Assembly (NCBI GenBank): GCA_051362555.1
Contig: CM120640.1
Location: 62,412,788 to 62,476,787 of the forward strand
Length of the DNA stretch: 64,000 nucleotides
Origin: Lingula anatina
Taxonomy: Eukaryota; Animalia; Brachiopoda
Direction: 5' to 3'
The number at the start of each line of letters is the position of its first letter. Within the stretch, counting starts at the first letter, position 1. The notes under the pieces were generated by a model. The model saw only the letters and a program-made list of their open reading frames with translations, had not been told where the DNA came from and did not search any database. This document shows, in pieces, positions 37,801 to 51,000 of the stretch. A program made the translations under genes and the position numbers.

Positions 37801-38400
37801 ATCTATAGTTTTTCTTGTGTTGACAGTACAGATATCAACCGTTTTGGCTATCAGTGATACGCTTTTTTAATACACATATTATCTTTGGTTTTATACATAT
37901 CCTTTAAATGTTTTTAAAAGTTGTAAAAATGTTTGTTGCCACAACAAAAAATTCTAAAACTGGCAAAAACGTTCATCTATCGGTTGCTAACAACAAATTG
38001 TCAGTGAAGAATATTGTGTCATTCTGCAACGTAACAGTAACGTCTAGTGAAAGCCCTGCGTTAAGTTACGTTGCTCTGTTTATCTTCATTAAATCGTTTA
38101 TGTTTCATTTGTGAGATTGGAAAATATTTGATAGACTTACATATTATAAACGGGGCATACAAAAGTTATAGGCCTACATCTGGGACATTTTGTAGCACAG
38201 TTTAGGGACGAAGAAAGACAAGACGTGTATAGTTACTCCGTACACATATTATTTTACAAAAAATAAGGACTTTGTTTACGTGCCGACCTACTGTACGTAG
38301 TAACCTACTTGCGACCTAAAGGAAATAAAATTTGAAGCAAGCATGATTAAAAATGTTAAAACGCGTCCTAAGTGTTTCTTAAAACAAGTGACGCGTTTAA

Positions 38401-39352
38401 CACCCAAACCCAATATAGAGGTGCATTTCACATGCTGAAGTGTCAAAAAATAAAAATGAATGAATTCAAAATTGTATTCAATATTTCAAAACATATATGT
38501 GTATAGAACAAAAATCCACGACTGTCTCAACTGAAATTCAATTTTAAATTTTTACCATATCTTTAACATTACGCAAAGAGCCCTATATGGTAACGTATGT
38601 TCCAAAAAACGTACGGTAACGTATGTTCTTGCCATTTAATTTTCATTTTTATGCCGCGTTCCGATGTTTTTAGTGGTTCAGTCATGGTAAATTAGACATG
38701 ACGTAAGGACGTTTTTATAAATATTTAAACTGTATCTCAAGGGGCTTTGCGTCAAATGGCTAATACTAGGTAACGTATGTTCCCTAGAAAAAAATGTCAA
38801 AATGTTTCATTTTGTTCAAGTACTTGTTTGCAAGAGATACAATGTTTTCTTTTGCTGACTGAACAATATATTGTGGTTGATAGTTTGACATTTCTGATAT
38901 AATCTTTGGATCATGAAGGGAAACATGTTTATTTAATGCTTATTTTACTGTCGGTAGGGTGTATTTTCCCCATTATTTAATATTCTGTGACAAGCAAACT
39001 TAAGTCGCTCAAAAACAATTAACTGGTCTATACAGAAGATTATAATAATTTTTAGCAACGTTATACTTGTAGGAGATAAATCAATGAACAAAACCAGTGA
39101 TGACTGAATTTCCAAAGTGAGTAGAACGTTTCACAGTTGGACGTTTTGTATTTGTGACAGTAACGTATGTTCCTTTTTGGGGTTAAACGATGAATTATTT
39201 TTAATTATTCATGGTTCCAGGAGAGTGAAACTTTTATACATGCTTCTTCATGTGGGACCCTAAAATAATCAAACACAGTTAGCAATCTGTGCAGTAAATA
39301 TTTTAATAACATGCTTGTGACATCAATTGCACCTCTATATTGGGTTTGGGTG
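38401..39352. mobile_element. Non-autonomous DNA transposon (MITE) with TTAA target-site duplication, piggyBac-like
   Basis: 25-bp TIR CACCCAAACCCAATATAGAGGTGCA / TGCACCTCTATATTGGGTTTGGGTG, TTAA on both flanks; internal GTAACGTATGTTC x4. Confidence 0.85.
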
Positions 39353-40416
39353 TTAAGAATGTTCGACTGTGTGTAGAGGTAGTCTACATGCACTCTTAAT
39401 TAATGTTTATATCGAGAAAAGGAGAGTGAATCTATGTAATTGTAAAGGTGTTCAACCTTTATGGTTTAAACAGGAAAAGTTATCTAAATCTTATTGCGAA
39501 AAAATAGAAGTCATATAAGGATATACTTTTTGATCATTTTTAAATCTGATTTATAGATATCCAGGTGCTTAGCAAGTGCTAGCATACAAAATTATAATTT
39601 TTGCAAGAAATAGCTTATGGCAAAAAGACGTTTTAAGAAGAGAGAACGGTAGCTAGCTAGGCTTTACAGCTAGACCTGTGTGACGTGACAGAGTGCCCTA
39701 TGATAGAGAATTCTGTCCCCATTAATTTGCACAATCCTAACCTGTATGATAAAATGGAGGGTGGACTCTCTGTTACACGGACCCTCAGTTTCGTCACACT
39801 GGGGCTAGTTAACCTTATAGATTCAATTGGGAAGGAGGTAGAGCAACAAAACCATTTAAAGAACAAGCGTCAAGCACTTAGCTACACGTGTAACATTATT
39901 ATTTTTCAAATATGGGCCGGGACATGTTGGCAATCTATACTTAAATCCAGTTAGTATTCCATGTAAACGCTATGAAATGTAATTTACACATTTTTATTTT
40001 ATTAAATCTTGGACATAATATTATTATGTCCAAGATTAAATTGATTTTCAGAGTCTATGCTGAATTAGCGGCTCAAATTAGGTAGGTATATTGAGGTTTC
40101 TACACGTTACCTTCGATATTAACAAGAGTACAAATAAATATCTATGAATCGAACTTGTATTTTATCTTAAAATAAACGTATAATGGTATAAAAAGGTCTT
40201 AATAATGAATGTTAACGAATAATTAACTGTTGCTTTAAAAGTAACTAATAGTTTCAATCACTGGTACATGTAGCTAGGGCCTATTTTCTAATTTTGTAAG
40301 GGATTTTTGCAGGATGCACCGTTCCGTATACATGTGTAACCTGGTGTACACCCTAAAATTTTTGCTCTTCTAAATTAGATGCAATCCGTGCCAGTTGCAG
40401 CTTTCCCATGAAGTTG

Positions 40417-40490
40417 TTCCGGAAGGGAATTCCGCAAGTCACGTGACAGGAACTCATGACGTCATATCTCTTATATTATTCGAGGAAGTG
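40417..40490 (+). promoter_or_regulatory. BCR-like gene proximal promoter: ETS, E-box/CLEAR and CRE motifs
   Basis: TTCCGGAA (40417), GTCACGTGAC (40438-40447), ATGACGTCAT (40456-40465), GAGGAAGTG (40482), 90-165 bp upstream of the ATG. Confidence 0.65.
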
Positions 40491-40580
40491 AATGTGCCTG
40501 GTGATCAGTAGTAACCTCCTTTCACTTTAAACATGTTGTGTTCTTATCGGTGATTGAAGAGAAAGTGATAACATTTCATT

Positions 40581-42021
40581 ATGGATCTTGAAAAGGACTT
40601 TTTATACGAGTGGAATGAAAAGTTCCCGGATTACGAAGCGCCCAAACTGCAGTGCCTCGTGAGTCAACATGATGGCGCGAGTAGAAAACGGGTTGGGATA
40701 GACAGTGCTAAACAGAAACTTGACATCAAAGTCGAACTACAGAATAGAAAAGAACGGTTACTCGAGTTGCAACTGGAGCTTTCAAAGGAGACTTTTCTTG
40801 TGGAGTATCTAGAGCGCTCACTTGAGAAGGTCAGTAAGAACGATCTTGTAACAAGGCCCTCAGTCATGAATAAGTTCGGTGAGCATAGTGAGTCAGACTT
40901 TGGTTCGACACGCAGGCCAATTGCTGAGGTGAAGGGGAGAATTAGACGCTATCATCAGTACGAGGAAATCCATCTTCCAGATGAAGAGGATAAACCTAAG
41001 GAAGACATGAAAACCAGTGATAACAACATGGATACTGGGTTGCCTGGTGCAAGAAATTACAGTGACTCCAGCAAGTCGATTTCTTCGGTCACATCAGATT
41101 CAGCAGACAGTAGTATGGGATTCTCCCCACATGGAGATGAAACTCAAGAAGATTTTATAAAGCGCGTGAAATCTAAAAAGAAGCCCCCTGTGCCACTACC
41201 ACGGAAAAGTCTTAGTTTCAAAGACTGGCGGTACCCAGGCGAGTTTGAGATCAGACCAGATGATAGCGAATTTGATACCTCGGATGAACATAATTTGTTT
41301 GACCCAGATAGTCACAGGCATGTAAGAGGAAACAGAAGTCCCCTGTCACCAGATTTAAGGTGTGATACAGACCAAAACAAGCCATTACCCTATATGTCAC
41401 AGTCAATAGACAATACAGGATCCCGGACAGGTAGATTTGACTATAAAGCTGGGGCTTCACCTGTAAACAAGGATAATAGCATTGATGTTATTAAACACTT
41501 GACCTTAGGTGCAGTGGAGGCTGATATTAACATCACAAAAGAGGGAGGAACCCTTGATTTGAAGACCCATTTTACAGAGAAGAAATACCAACATCGACGA
41601 GAGAGGACGGAGAGTGAACTAAGTGAACAAAATAACTATATCCCAGATTTGCCTGGTAGAGGGACTAAGTTTGGAATGAAAGAAGAAAAGACACAATTCA
41701 GGACTCCATATGAAAACACAGACATAGATTCGATGGCAACTAGAACAAGAACACTGTCTGATGAAGGAATCTACAGTGAAGCAGTGCCAGTAAATGAAGA
41801 TGGGATATCAGAAGATGAAGAGGAGGAACCTTACTATCTTAACATCACCGAGCTGCGCCAAGCCCTGCTGCGTCGGGAGAGTACAGGTTCATCAGATGAG
41901 ACGAGCAGTAGTATAGCAAGTGGGGATCACCTCCTCCATACAGAAGATGTCTCAGATGGAGGGAGCAGCAGAGGGATGTCACCAACTCCAGAACATGCCG
42001 CTGGTCAGGCAAGAAACTCAG
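40581..42021 (+). CDS. BCR-like exon 1 (oligomerisation domain + disordered SH2/SH3-motif region)
   Basis: 519-aa ORF; donor CAG/GCAAGT at 42022 (GC-AG); alternative GT donor at 42004 is in the same phase. Confidence 0.85.
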
Positions 42022-45000
42022 GCAAGTGCTTTCACTTACTTGTTAAAATCATAGCCTGTTTGTATTTAATTCTTTTTTTAACATTCAAATTTTGTTTATC
42101 ATCCATGTATTATAAAAGTAAGTTTGTCATTTTGAAATAAAAAGGTCAGTTTGATTCGGTTACCTCTAAAAAGAAAAAAAAAAAAGCAAATTTTACAAGG
42201 AAATGAAAATGTAATATTTACTGATATTGAAATCATAACAAGTGACAAATACAAAGGAGAACAGGCCCACCAGTAATGATTTTCCCTTAATGGACACCTG
42301 AAGCTCTTCTCCAAAGCACATCCTCATAAATTTCTTCATTTCATGTGAAGGTATATAAATACAGTATACTAGTACATAATTGAGTGAATTAATAAGAACA
42401 TTCTACAAATACAACAATTGTTTTTATCCCAAAGGGTCAGGTGGCATTGTTTTCATATAATTAATCACCTCAGACTGCATTTTTCTGACAAAATATATGG
42501 AGTCATTTGAAGAAGTGGAAACTCAGCTGAATAAGTGGATGTGAAAAGGTTCTTAGTTGCCCAAAAATTTTGATATGATCATTCCCATGTGTTTCCAGTG
42601 TACCAGTTCTTCAATTTCCCACTCATTCCTATTGTAAACCATTGTTTCATGTACTTATAAGTCTATTTGTAAACCAAGCACCACCTGTCTCAAGGGCAAT
42701 TTGTGCAATGTCATAAAATATATCATGGCAGGGGATTTGGTGTCTACAGTGTAAGTCATTTTGAACAGCAGATTTAGAACTAAATATACTAGTAAATGTA
42801 TTTTCCACTGTGTGTTAGATTGATATAGGCAGGATGCATGATGTGCTTGACTTAGTGTATTTCAACAAAAAACTCTTACTAATACGTGTATGTTAATTAG
42901 TATTGGTGTTAATCAATCAAATTCTAAATTTTATTTTCAATCAGAATGTCCTTGTGCATGATATTATTAAAGTCCAAACAGTTTTGCTAGTTCTTAATAA
43001 CCATCATTCTGTCATCTTCCAAACTTGGAAATTTCCTTTAAATACTTGATTTAGACCACTTTTATCATCATTTGCTGTAAACCAAGTGACTACTAGTACT
43101 GAAATTCATGCATTCTTTGCATGAAAAGTTAATTATAGACAGGAGTATAACTGTCATTATTTCAAAGGGATATTTTAGTATATACAGCATATATTCATAG
43201 ATAATAATGACTTATAACACAATAAAAACACATGAACAATCCTTTGAAGAGGATTCATGAAGCCATTTAATTTAATAGGTAGTGCCTCATAGGGTTCGTT
43301 AAATTCATTTTGTGCAAACTTTGAGTATCCAGTCATTTTATTAACGTTATAAATTGGTTTAGGTAGTCCAGGTAGAGACAGGGAAGTCTGAAGCCACAGG
43401 TCTGCATTCAGAAAACATTGTGAGAACGTAGGTAGCTCTATACAATCAAAGCCACATGCAAAATTTTTATACCACTACAGAAGAGACTCCTGATTAAGGA
43501 CATTACTTTGGTATGAGTCATAACTGGAAAGTTGGCTTCAGTGCTTATAACTTTAAAGTATCTTCTCACTTAGCTTTCCACTCAAATTTGTCACCTGATT
43601 AAAACTTATTGTATCAGAAAGGGAAGTGTACAGAAGGGGTATGAATCGATGTTGCATTTTGTATTTTAATTAAATACTTTCTGAGGCTAAAGAAGTAACA
43701 GAAGAAATTTATTTATGAATTTTGTGCATGTGATAGCTACTTAAGTGGTCTTATATAATCCCCCTTTATGATATTTTTTTAAATACATAGAAAATTAATA
43801 AAAACAAAGTTGACCTCAATGGATGTTATCTGAGGTAACTCAGGAAGAGAGATTTTAGGGCCGCTTTTGAAAAACTTGGTCTGATATGAAACAGGAAGAA
43901 ATCAAAGAGAAATAAACACATCTTTTATTTGGGTCATTATCCAGAAGAAATTGCTGCTATTTTATCCCAATTCTTCCAAATAAAATGCGAAAATATTCAG
44001 CTGCAAAGAGACACTAGTCATATTACAAATTACCAGATATGCATGTTTTGAAACCAAGAATAAAGTTCTGGCTGCAGTAAGAGAGTAGATATAAGGCTTC
44101 GTTCACATGGAAAGTCTATTTTCTAAAAATCTATTTTCTATTCGCGGTATCTTATGATCACGGTCTGTGCCCTGGCCCCTGAGTATCCCGCGGCGTAATT
44201 ACTGGCAGCGCGAGCCAGTTACTTCCAAAGCTGTAATTAATTCTCGGCTGCCCTCGGAGTGATCATAAGATACCGCAAATAGAAAATAGATTTTTAGAAA
44301 ATTGACTTTTCATGTGAACGGAGTCTAAGATTGTATAAAGATGTGAGATAAAATATACAGAGATATGAATGTTCCTAATTAATGTGCTTAATCACACAAT
44401 GAAACATTTCCCTATGCACATGATATAAACTGCGGGTGTGTCACTGCAAGGGGAACTTTTGTCTAAAAGGATACATCCTTTCATAGAAAATTCCCTCTTC
44501 TACTGACACACCTGTAATCTGGACAGGATGGTCCATAGCTAGATGTCACATACCTAAAACAGGACATTAATTAATTATCAGGGATGTCCAGAAAGAATTT
44601 TCAGGCAAAAGGATATATGTGCTCTAGTTGCCTTTAGCACAAGTAACTCGGATATTTATCATGGGAATGGGATAGATAGTTTATAAACAAAACAAAATGA
44701 TTGATGGTTGAATAAAATGGTGATTAAATGAAGTCTAGGCTTGATATGTTATGGTATCAGATAAAAATATCTTGATTCATAGATAGTGACTGTGTGTGGA
44801 AAGTGTATACTTCGTGGGATTTATGGTATTGTTAGACACTACACAGGGTATTTCTAACATATTCTTGGAAGGTTATAATATTTAGTGCCAGATGAAGTAC
44901 ATTTAAAAATAATTTAATTGTATTTTTTAGAATTAGTATTATTATAGTTTGTAGGACCTTGTAGTAAATATTGATTATCAGATGATAGATAAGGCATTTA

Positions 45001-48000
45001 GAATGTCCAGTTTAGTTGGGGTCATGTGCTGTCTGATTAGTGCCAAGTCATATGCTTCTAGGTTACCATAACCCTCTATATCTCTATTTTGGCTCTATGG
45101 CAAACAGGGGCTTGTGCTGTTTGATTCTGAACTTATTATTATTTCATTAGGCAAACTACCAATATATTTATATTAACTGTACATTATTATTTCAAAGTAC
45201 TAGTAACCATTTGCTTTTACATTTCTTTTTCTTACATTCTTAAAGTCATTTTCTTCCATTTGCTCCATATACCCTGTGACCTGCAGCAGTAATTTGATCA
45301 TTGCCCATTTTCCAACCAAATGCTTCATTTTCACACAATATGGGTTTGCACATGTTTTATATAATTAAATGCTTTTTATCTTAAAAAAAAAAGGTTTCTC
45401 CATCTTCAAGTGATCTCCATCTTCTAGTTATTGAAACTGTAAGGCCTTTGAAGAGATAGTTTTATGACCAGGCTTAAGTTGAAGGTTTCCTCTAACTCAC
45501 TTTAAGTTTCAGAATCAGGATGTTTTTGCTAAATAACTGAAACTATGAAGAAAAGTGATGGACAGAGGAAAGTTACCGTCAAAACTCTTAAACTAAGAGT
45601 GCTTTAATTTGAAACAGAATTAGACATTAGATGAGAGTGAAAGTTGCCAAATCAGATGTGATAAACAGAGGATGTGCCAACATGAGTCAACCTGTGTACT
45701 CATCACACTGGAAATATCATTGTGCACGGTATTTTTATCCATAGAAAAATATATACTTTGTAGGCATTTTTCCAGTGACTTTTCCAGTTTATCAGCCTCT
45801 GTAAAATGTAAAAAAGTTCCCCTTTCTAGGAATGCTGAAAGGCATTAAAATTAATCTTCCTTATCATGCAAAATAAGTCATATTTATATTATATTTTTAT
45901 GTAAATGTTCATTTTGTGGTAATTTTAAGGATCCAAAAGGGAAAATTTTGTGGTTTCTCTGACTCACTCTGCAACAACATGGTTTATTGCAGGCAAAATA
46001 CTTAATACATAGACACTCTTTTGAAAAAGTTTTTAGTATGTGGTATGATCACACTGATGATATATCCAATACACATCAAATGATAGTCGAAAGAAAATGT
46101 GCTCATGGTGATATAGATTGATATAATTTTAGTGATTGATAAAAAAAAGTCACCAAAATGAATTGACAGTTTTGATTATAGCAAGAAGCAATTATAGCTT
46201 TAGTGATGTTGATAATTTTTGTGGCATAACCTTTAGTTTTTTTTTGTTTTTTTTTTTTGTAGCTGATAAAACCCTTATATCATTAGTGTGTTTCTTTTGA
46301 GACATATAAAGAGAGTTGTACCTTCAGGACATCATGGTTAAAAAAATTATAATCATGTAATAATGTCTGTATGGATGTCTGAAAAGTAAAGAAACCATTC
46401 ATTTCTTTGGGATTCATTTTCTGTTTAAAGAATTCAAGACGGAAGTCTGCAGAAGGAATGAATTTATCATGTGACCAGTTAAAGATTGAAAACTAGCGGT
46501 GGCTTTCAAGTTTATGAATTTGTAATTCAATCTTGATGAAAGAATATTGTGAGAATAAGAAGGATATTTTTAGATGCTTTCAGATGTGTTCTTTGGCTAT
46601 ACAATGCTTTGCAATAAGTCACATGAAGCTAGTTAAAAATTATTTATAACATGATTACTACAGCCATTTTTATTGTTGACTTATTTACCAACTAGAATGC
46701 ATGTCTCAGCTCCACCTAAAAACAAGGCATATATTTATATGGGTATGGTGGTGATGTAACCTACGGTCTCTTATCTTTTGTCCTTGAAGTTAAAACCAGT
46801 GTATGCATGCAAACCAGGTTAAAGATTCCTCCCTGATATGTGAATGCTACAAAAGTCATAAAAGAGAAGTACGTAGCTATAACTCTACAAGCTACCTTGT
46901 TTGTCAAGTGGTGACCTAACCCTGTCCTATATCTACATTTGTGTGTGTTTACTGCACCTGCTTGATCAGTCTACAGTAAATAGAGGTGTGATTTCACATG
47001 AAGAGTACAGATGAGATATCTGATGATATACATGTACGCATATATAGAGATCTGTGTTTTCTTGGAACCACACACGCAAGTATTATGAGGGAAAAGGATG
47101 TGACCAGAAACACCTTGGCACCTAATTAGATAGTCAAATGTAGACTTTGCACCTGGTACTGGATGAACTGGATATATTATCCAATACCTGTTCTGTTTCT
47201 CTTGATGCAAACAACCTTGGAAGTTAAATCCTGCTTGTAGAGTAAAATAAACTTAAAATGTTTTTTATCATGTAAATTTCTATTCATTGTAAGCTATGTG
47301 TTATAATTTAAGAGGGTTAAAAACACTACTTGAAAAATTATGAATACTCCCCCCCCCCCCCCACACACACACACATACACTGAAGATTATAATAAAATTA
47401 ACATTATTTGCTACTTTTTGAGATTGATATACAAATGTTAGTGCTATATACTTACCTAATGTATATTGTAAAGTCTATTGAATATTTTATGTATTTTAGA
47501 ATTTAAATTAAATTTAAAATAAATTTATTATTATTATTATTATTATTATTTAGTTGTCGTTCTGACAAATGATATTTGGGCAACTGACACAACACTCGAT
47601 CTGTATGTTGCGTTCAAATCACAGATGTTTCTATCTATACAGTTATAAACTTTAGGCATGGCATTCCACCGTATCATATCCTAGTATATTGTGTCACACA
47701 AAGAATAGATAGAGTATCAATAGCATCAACATTTACATAATATAAACTGGTAGGTCAGGTGAAATGAGTTTTGTGTTGCATGAAGGAATTATTGTGCATA
47801 TTTCTGCATGCTGTGTCATTATCCCAGGTCTTGACATAGATTTGTGTGTTTTGTATCTGGTGTACATTTAGAATCATGAGGTTTAGTTGTCAGTCTTTTT
47901 TCATTACTTTTATAACACTATAAGTGTCTCTGCTAAGGTTGAAAGGACTTACGCTATTAATGTTATTCAAGTTTGGTTTTTTATAATAATGTCTTAAGAG

Positions 48001-51000
48001 ATTACTACAGCGGTATAGCCATTTATGAATTTCCATGTGGTCTTATGGCATGCACAGATTCCAGAATAATTACGATAACTGCTGTTTTGTTGGTAAAATG
48101 CAACTTATTATTACCTCCGCCAACATCAACATAACTCCAAAAGTTATGGACCAATTTTGATTAAATTTTCATCAGGGTAGGTCAGAAGTGGGCCAAGGAA
48201 GAGATGATTATTTTTTGGTGGTGATCCGGATCAATAATCAATCAATAGTCAAAAATTTTCTATGAGTTGTTTACAATGTATTTATTGTGAAATACATGCA
48301 CACTAATTAACAATGCATCATCATTGATATCCATGCAAGTTTCCTTTTGATTGAGAGTCTCCCATATCCTACTAAACACTTATTGTGACATGTGAGGGTT
48401 TTGTATTTCTCAAAAAAAGCTTGAAAATGTGCAAATGCATGGGTGTGCATGCACGTGCGCACACACACACACACGCCACACACAATCCTCAATGTTTATG
48501 TATATTTAGAACATACTTATTACTTTGTGTATCTCATTTATATTTTCAGGACTGGACTCAGATGATGCCTGTCTGTCAGTGGACTCTGATAACTCTCCTT
48601 ATGAGGTGGGCAAAAGAAGAACGGGTCACCATGTGTTAACCCACATAGCATACGGCAATAGGAAGCCATTGAAACCGTCAGGTTTTAATCATCCGCTGCC
48701 ATCTACAGCATCACCTGCAGTACCTGACAAATCCCCTGTGCGACGCTCTATCTCTGATACTTTGCCGCAGTCTCCCAATGAATCATTTGCCAAAACCAAC
48801 CGTCCACGGGCGTCTGTGGTAAGGCTTTGAAACAGGAAATAGTTGTCTCTCACATTTTCGGAAATCAACTCCATAAAGAGTGCATGTTTGTTATTGTTTT
48901 GGAATGTTATGTTTTTGTTGCGTCATATTTGCTGCGTTATTTTTTCCATAGTTTTTAAAACCTTTATGTGAGTTGAAAGTCTAAATTAATATCCATATCG
49001 CATAGGGTCATTCTGAGAAACAACTATTTTTTAGTTCATGGCCTAATTGCTTTTATCTCTGCTAGCATATGTTTGTTTGTGTCATTTATGTACAAAATCA
49101 TGAGTAATATACATTTACTATTTATATTTTTATATTATATTGATGAGTGTTAATGTAACCATAAGCAAAAATGATGTTATAAAATATATAAACTGCTTGT
49201 TTTGCTTGGCTTGCTCCCTCCTAAGCCAGTATGGATATCACATAGAGGTTCTTAAATGTAGAGTGTGACTTGCATTTCTGGCTATTTTTCCAGCTTTTTT
49301 TCCTATGAGATGTGTTATAATGCTGCATACAGTAGACATACAAAAACAACTTTTGAAAACCTAGTAACCTAGAAAACCTGCAAGTAACAAAACACTTAGT
49401 TATATATTAAAACAAATTTGCCCTTTCGTGTACACATTTATAGAAGTGTCTAAAAAGATGTGTGCATAACCTCATTTTAATACATTCTACATAAATATTA
49501 TGTTTATATTTATATTACACATAGCTCATGCCACTCAACTTGCTTTCAATTCCTGCTTATATCAGCACTTCCTCATTTCTAACTGCTTCCCGCTTGTTTT
49601 TTACTTGTAAAAGGAGACTCTCACAAGTATGTGTAAATACAAATTTACAACAACAAACAGAACCTTATTGTTTTAAGAAACTGTGAGATAAATTTCTGAC
49701 CAGTTTGTTGGGCACCAGCAGTTGCTGCATACTTGAGAGATTTTCACCTGGCAAGTATCCAGGCAGACAAAGCTGGGGCTTCTGTTTTGTTCATTATCGT
49801 GGCATAACTGCTTTATATTAATTAGCTACCTGTATCACTATTAGCTATGCAGCATAGAATGCTTATCAAGCTTATCTATCCGCAACTCTTACTTCTACGG
49901 CCGTAATACCTTGGCTTTGAATTTGAAAGTAAAGACAGCTTCATAATTGAAAACTGCTCTCCCTAGGAGGTGATGGGTCATTATGATGGTGCTGTAGAGT
50001 GACTAAAAATATAGTGACAAGTTTGTAAAATGGCCAGTCCTGCATCAATACTGAAGCGAGAGTTTGAGATTTATTAGTCTGACAGAATTTTTAAGACTTT
50101 CGCTGCAAAACAGTGCATTTTTACTGTTGCAGATTTTTTAATACATTTGCTCAAATTGTAAGTTTTTTCTACACTTAATTTTGTGTTGAGAGCTGTAACA
50201 TCACCCAATTAATGTAGAGAATATTTTTTCAATGAAGTTAAGAAATACAATGCCAATTAATTAAATAATATAACACTGCCCTTATAACAAAATTTGAAAA
50301 GTACAGACTTTCATGAGAGTTTTCTTCCTTATTCACTGATTTTGCCAATCTGAATTTTTTTACTTTTTAAAACAGGAAATAGAATCATAAGGCTCTAGTC
50401 ATCAAGTCATTTGTGAAAAACCCAAAAATTTGAAATAACATTTTTTGGTATGAACACTGGACAGATAAATCTACATCAAGTAAATTTGGTGTTAGACAGA
50501 GGAAAACAACATTTGGCAGTTATTTTGTGAATTTAAAGAAATATACTAATGAAGTCACTGAGAATTCTATAAATACCAGGCATATTAACAAAAATAGAGG
50601 AAATATATAACTTTCTGCAATGATTTAACATTTTAATTGGAGAATTTGTTATGTTTTAGTTTGAGATAAATTCTCCAGCAGACCATGAGAAACAGAGGAT
50701 CAGAAAATGGGTAGTGACAGGGATATTGGACAGTGAGACAGAGTATGTGGAATGTCTGGAAGTTCTGGTGCAGGTAAATTAACTTAATTTGAACACACCA
50801 AAGGAGATCATCATGGCTTGTGTTCTTCAGTTCTTTATTGAAAAAAAAGAAGATGTAAATGATATATGTGGACCAGTTTCACACAACTTGATGAACAGAA
50901 ACAAGCTGTCCTGCTTAAGTGTGTACCACAAACAGATCTTTGGACAAATGTGGACCCAAATTTGTACATTTCACTCCTCTTAAGACAAGTTACAACCACT

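Noticed and set aside
42022-42140. Hydrophobic C-terminal tail of the 519-aa ORF suggesting a transmembrane protein
   Set aside because: Read-through into AT-rich intron after the GC donor; the gene continues at 48550.
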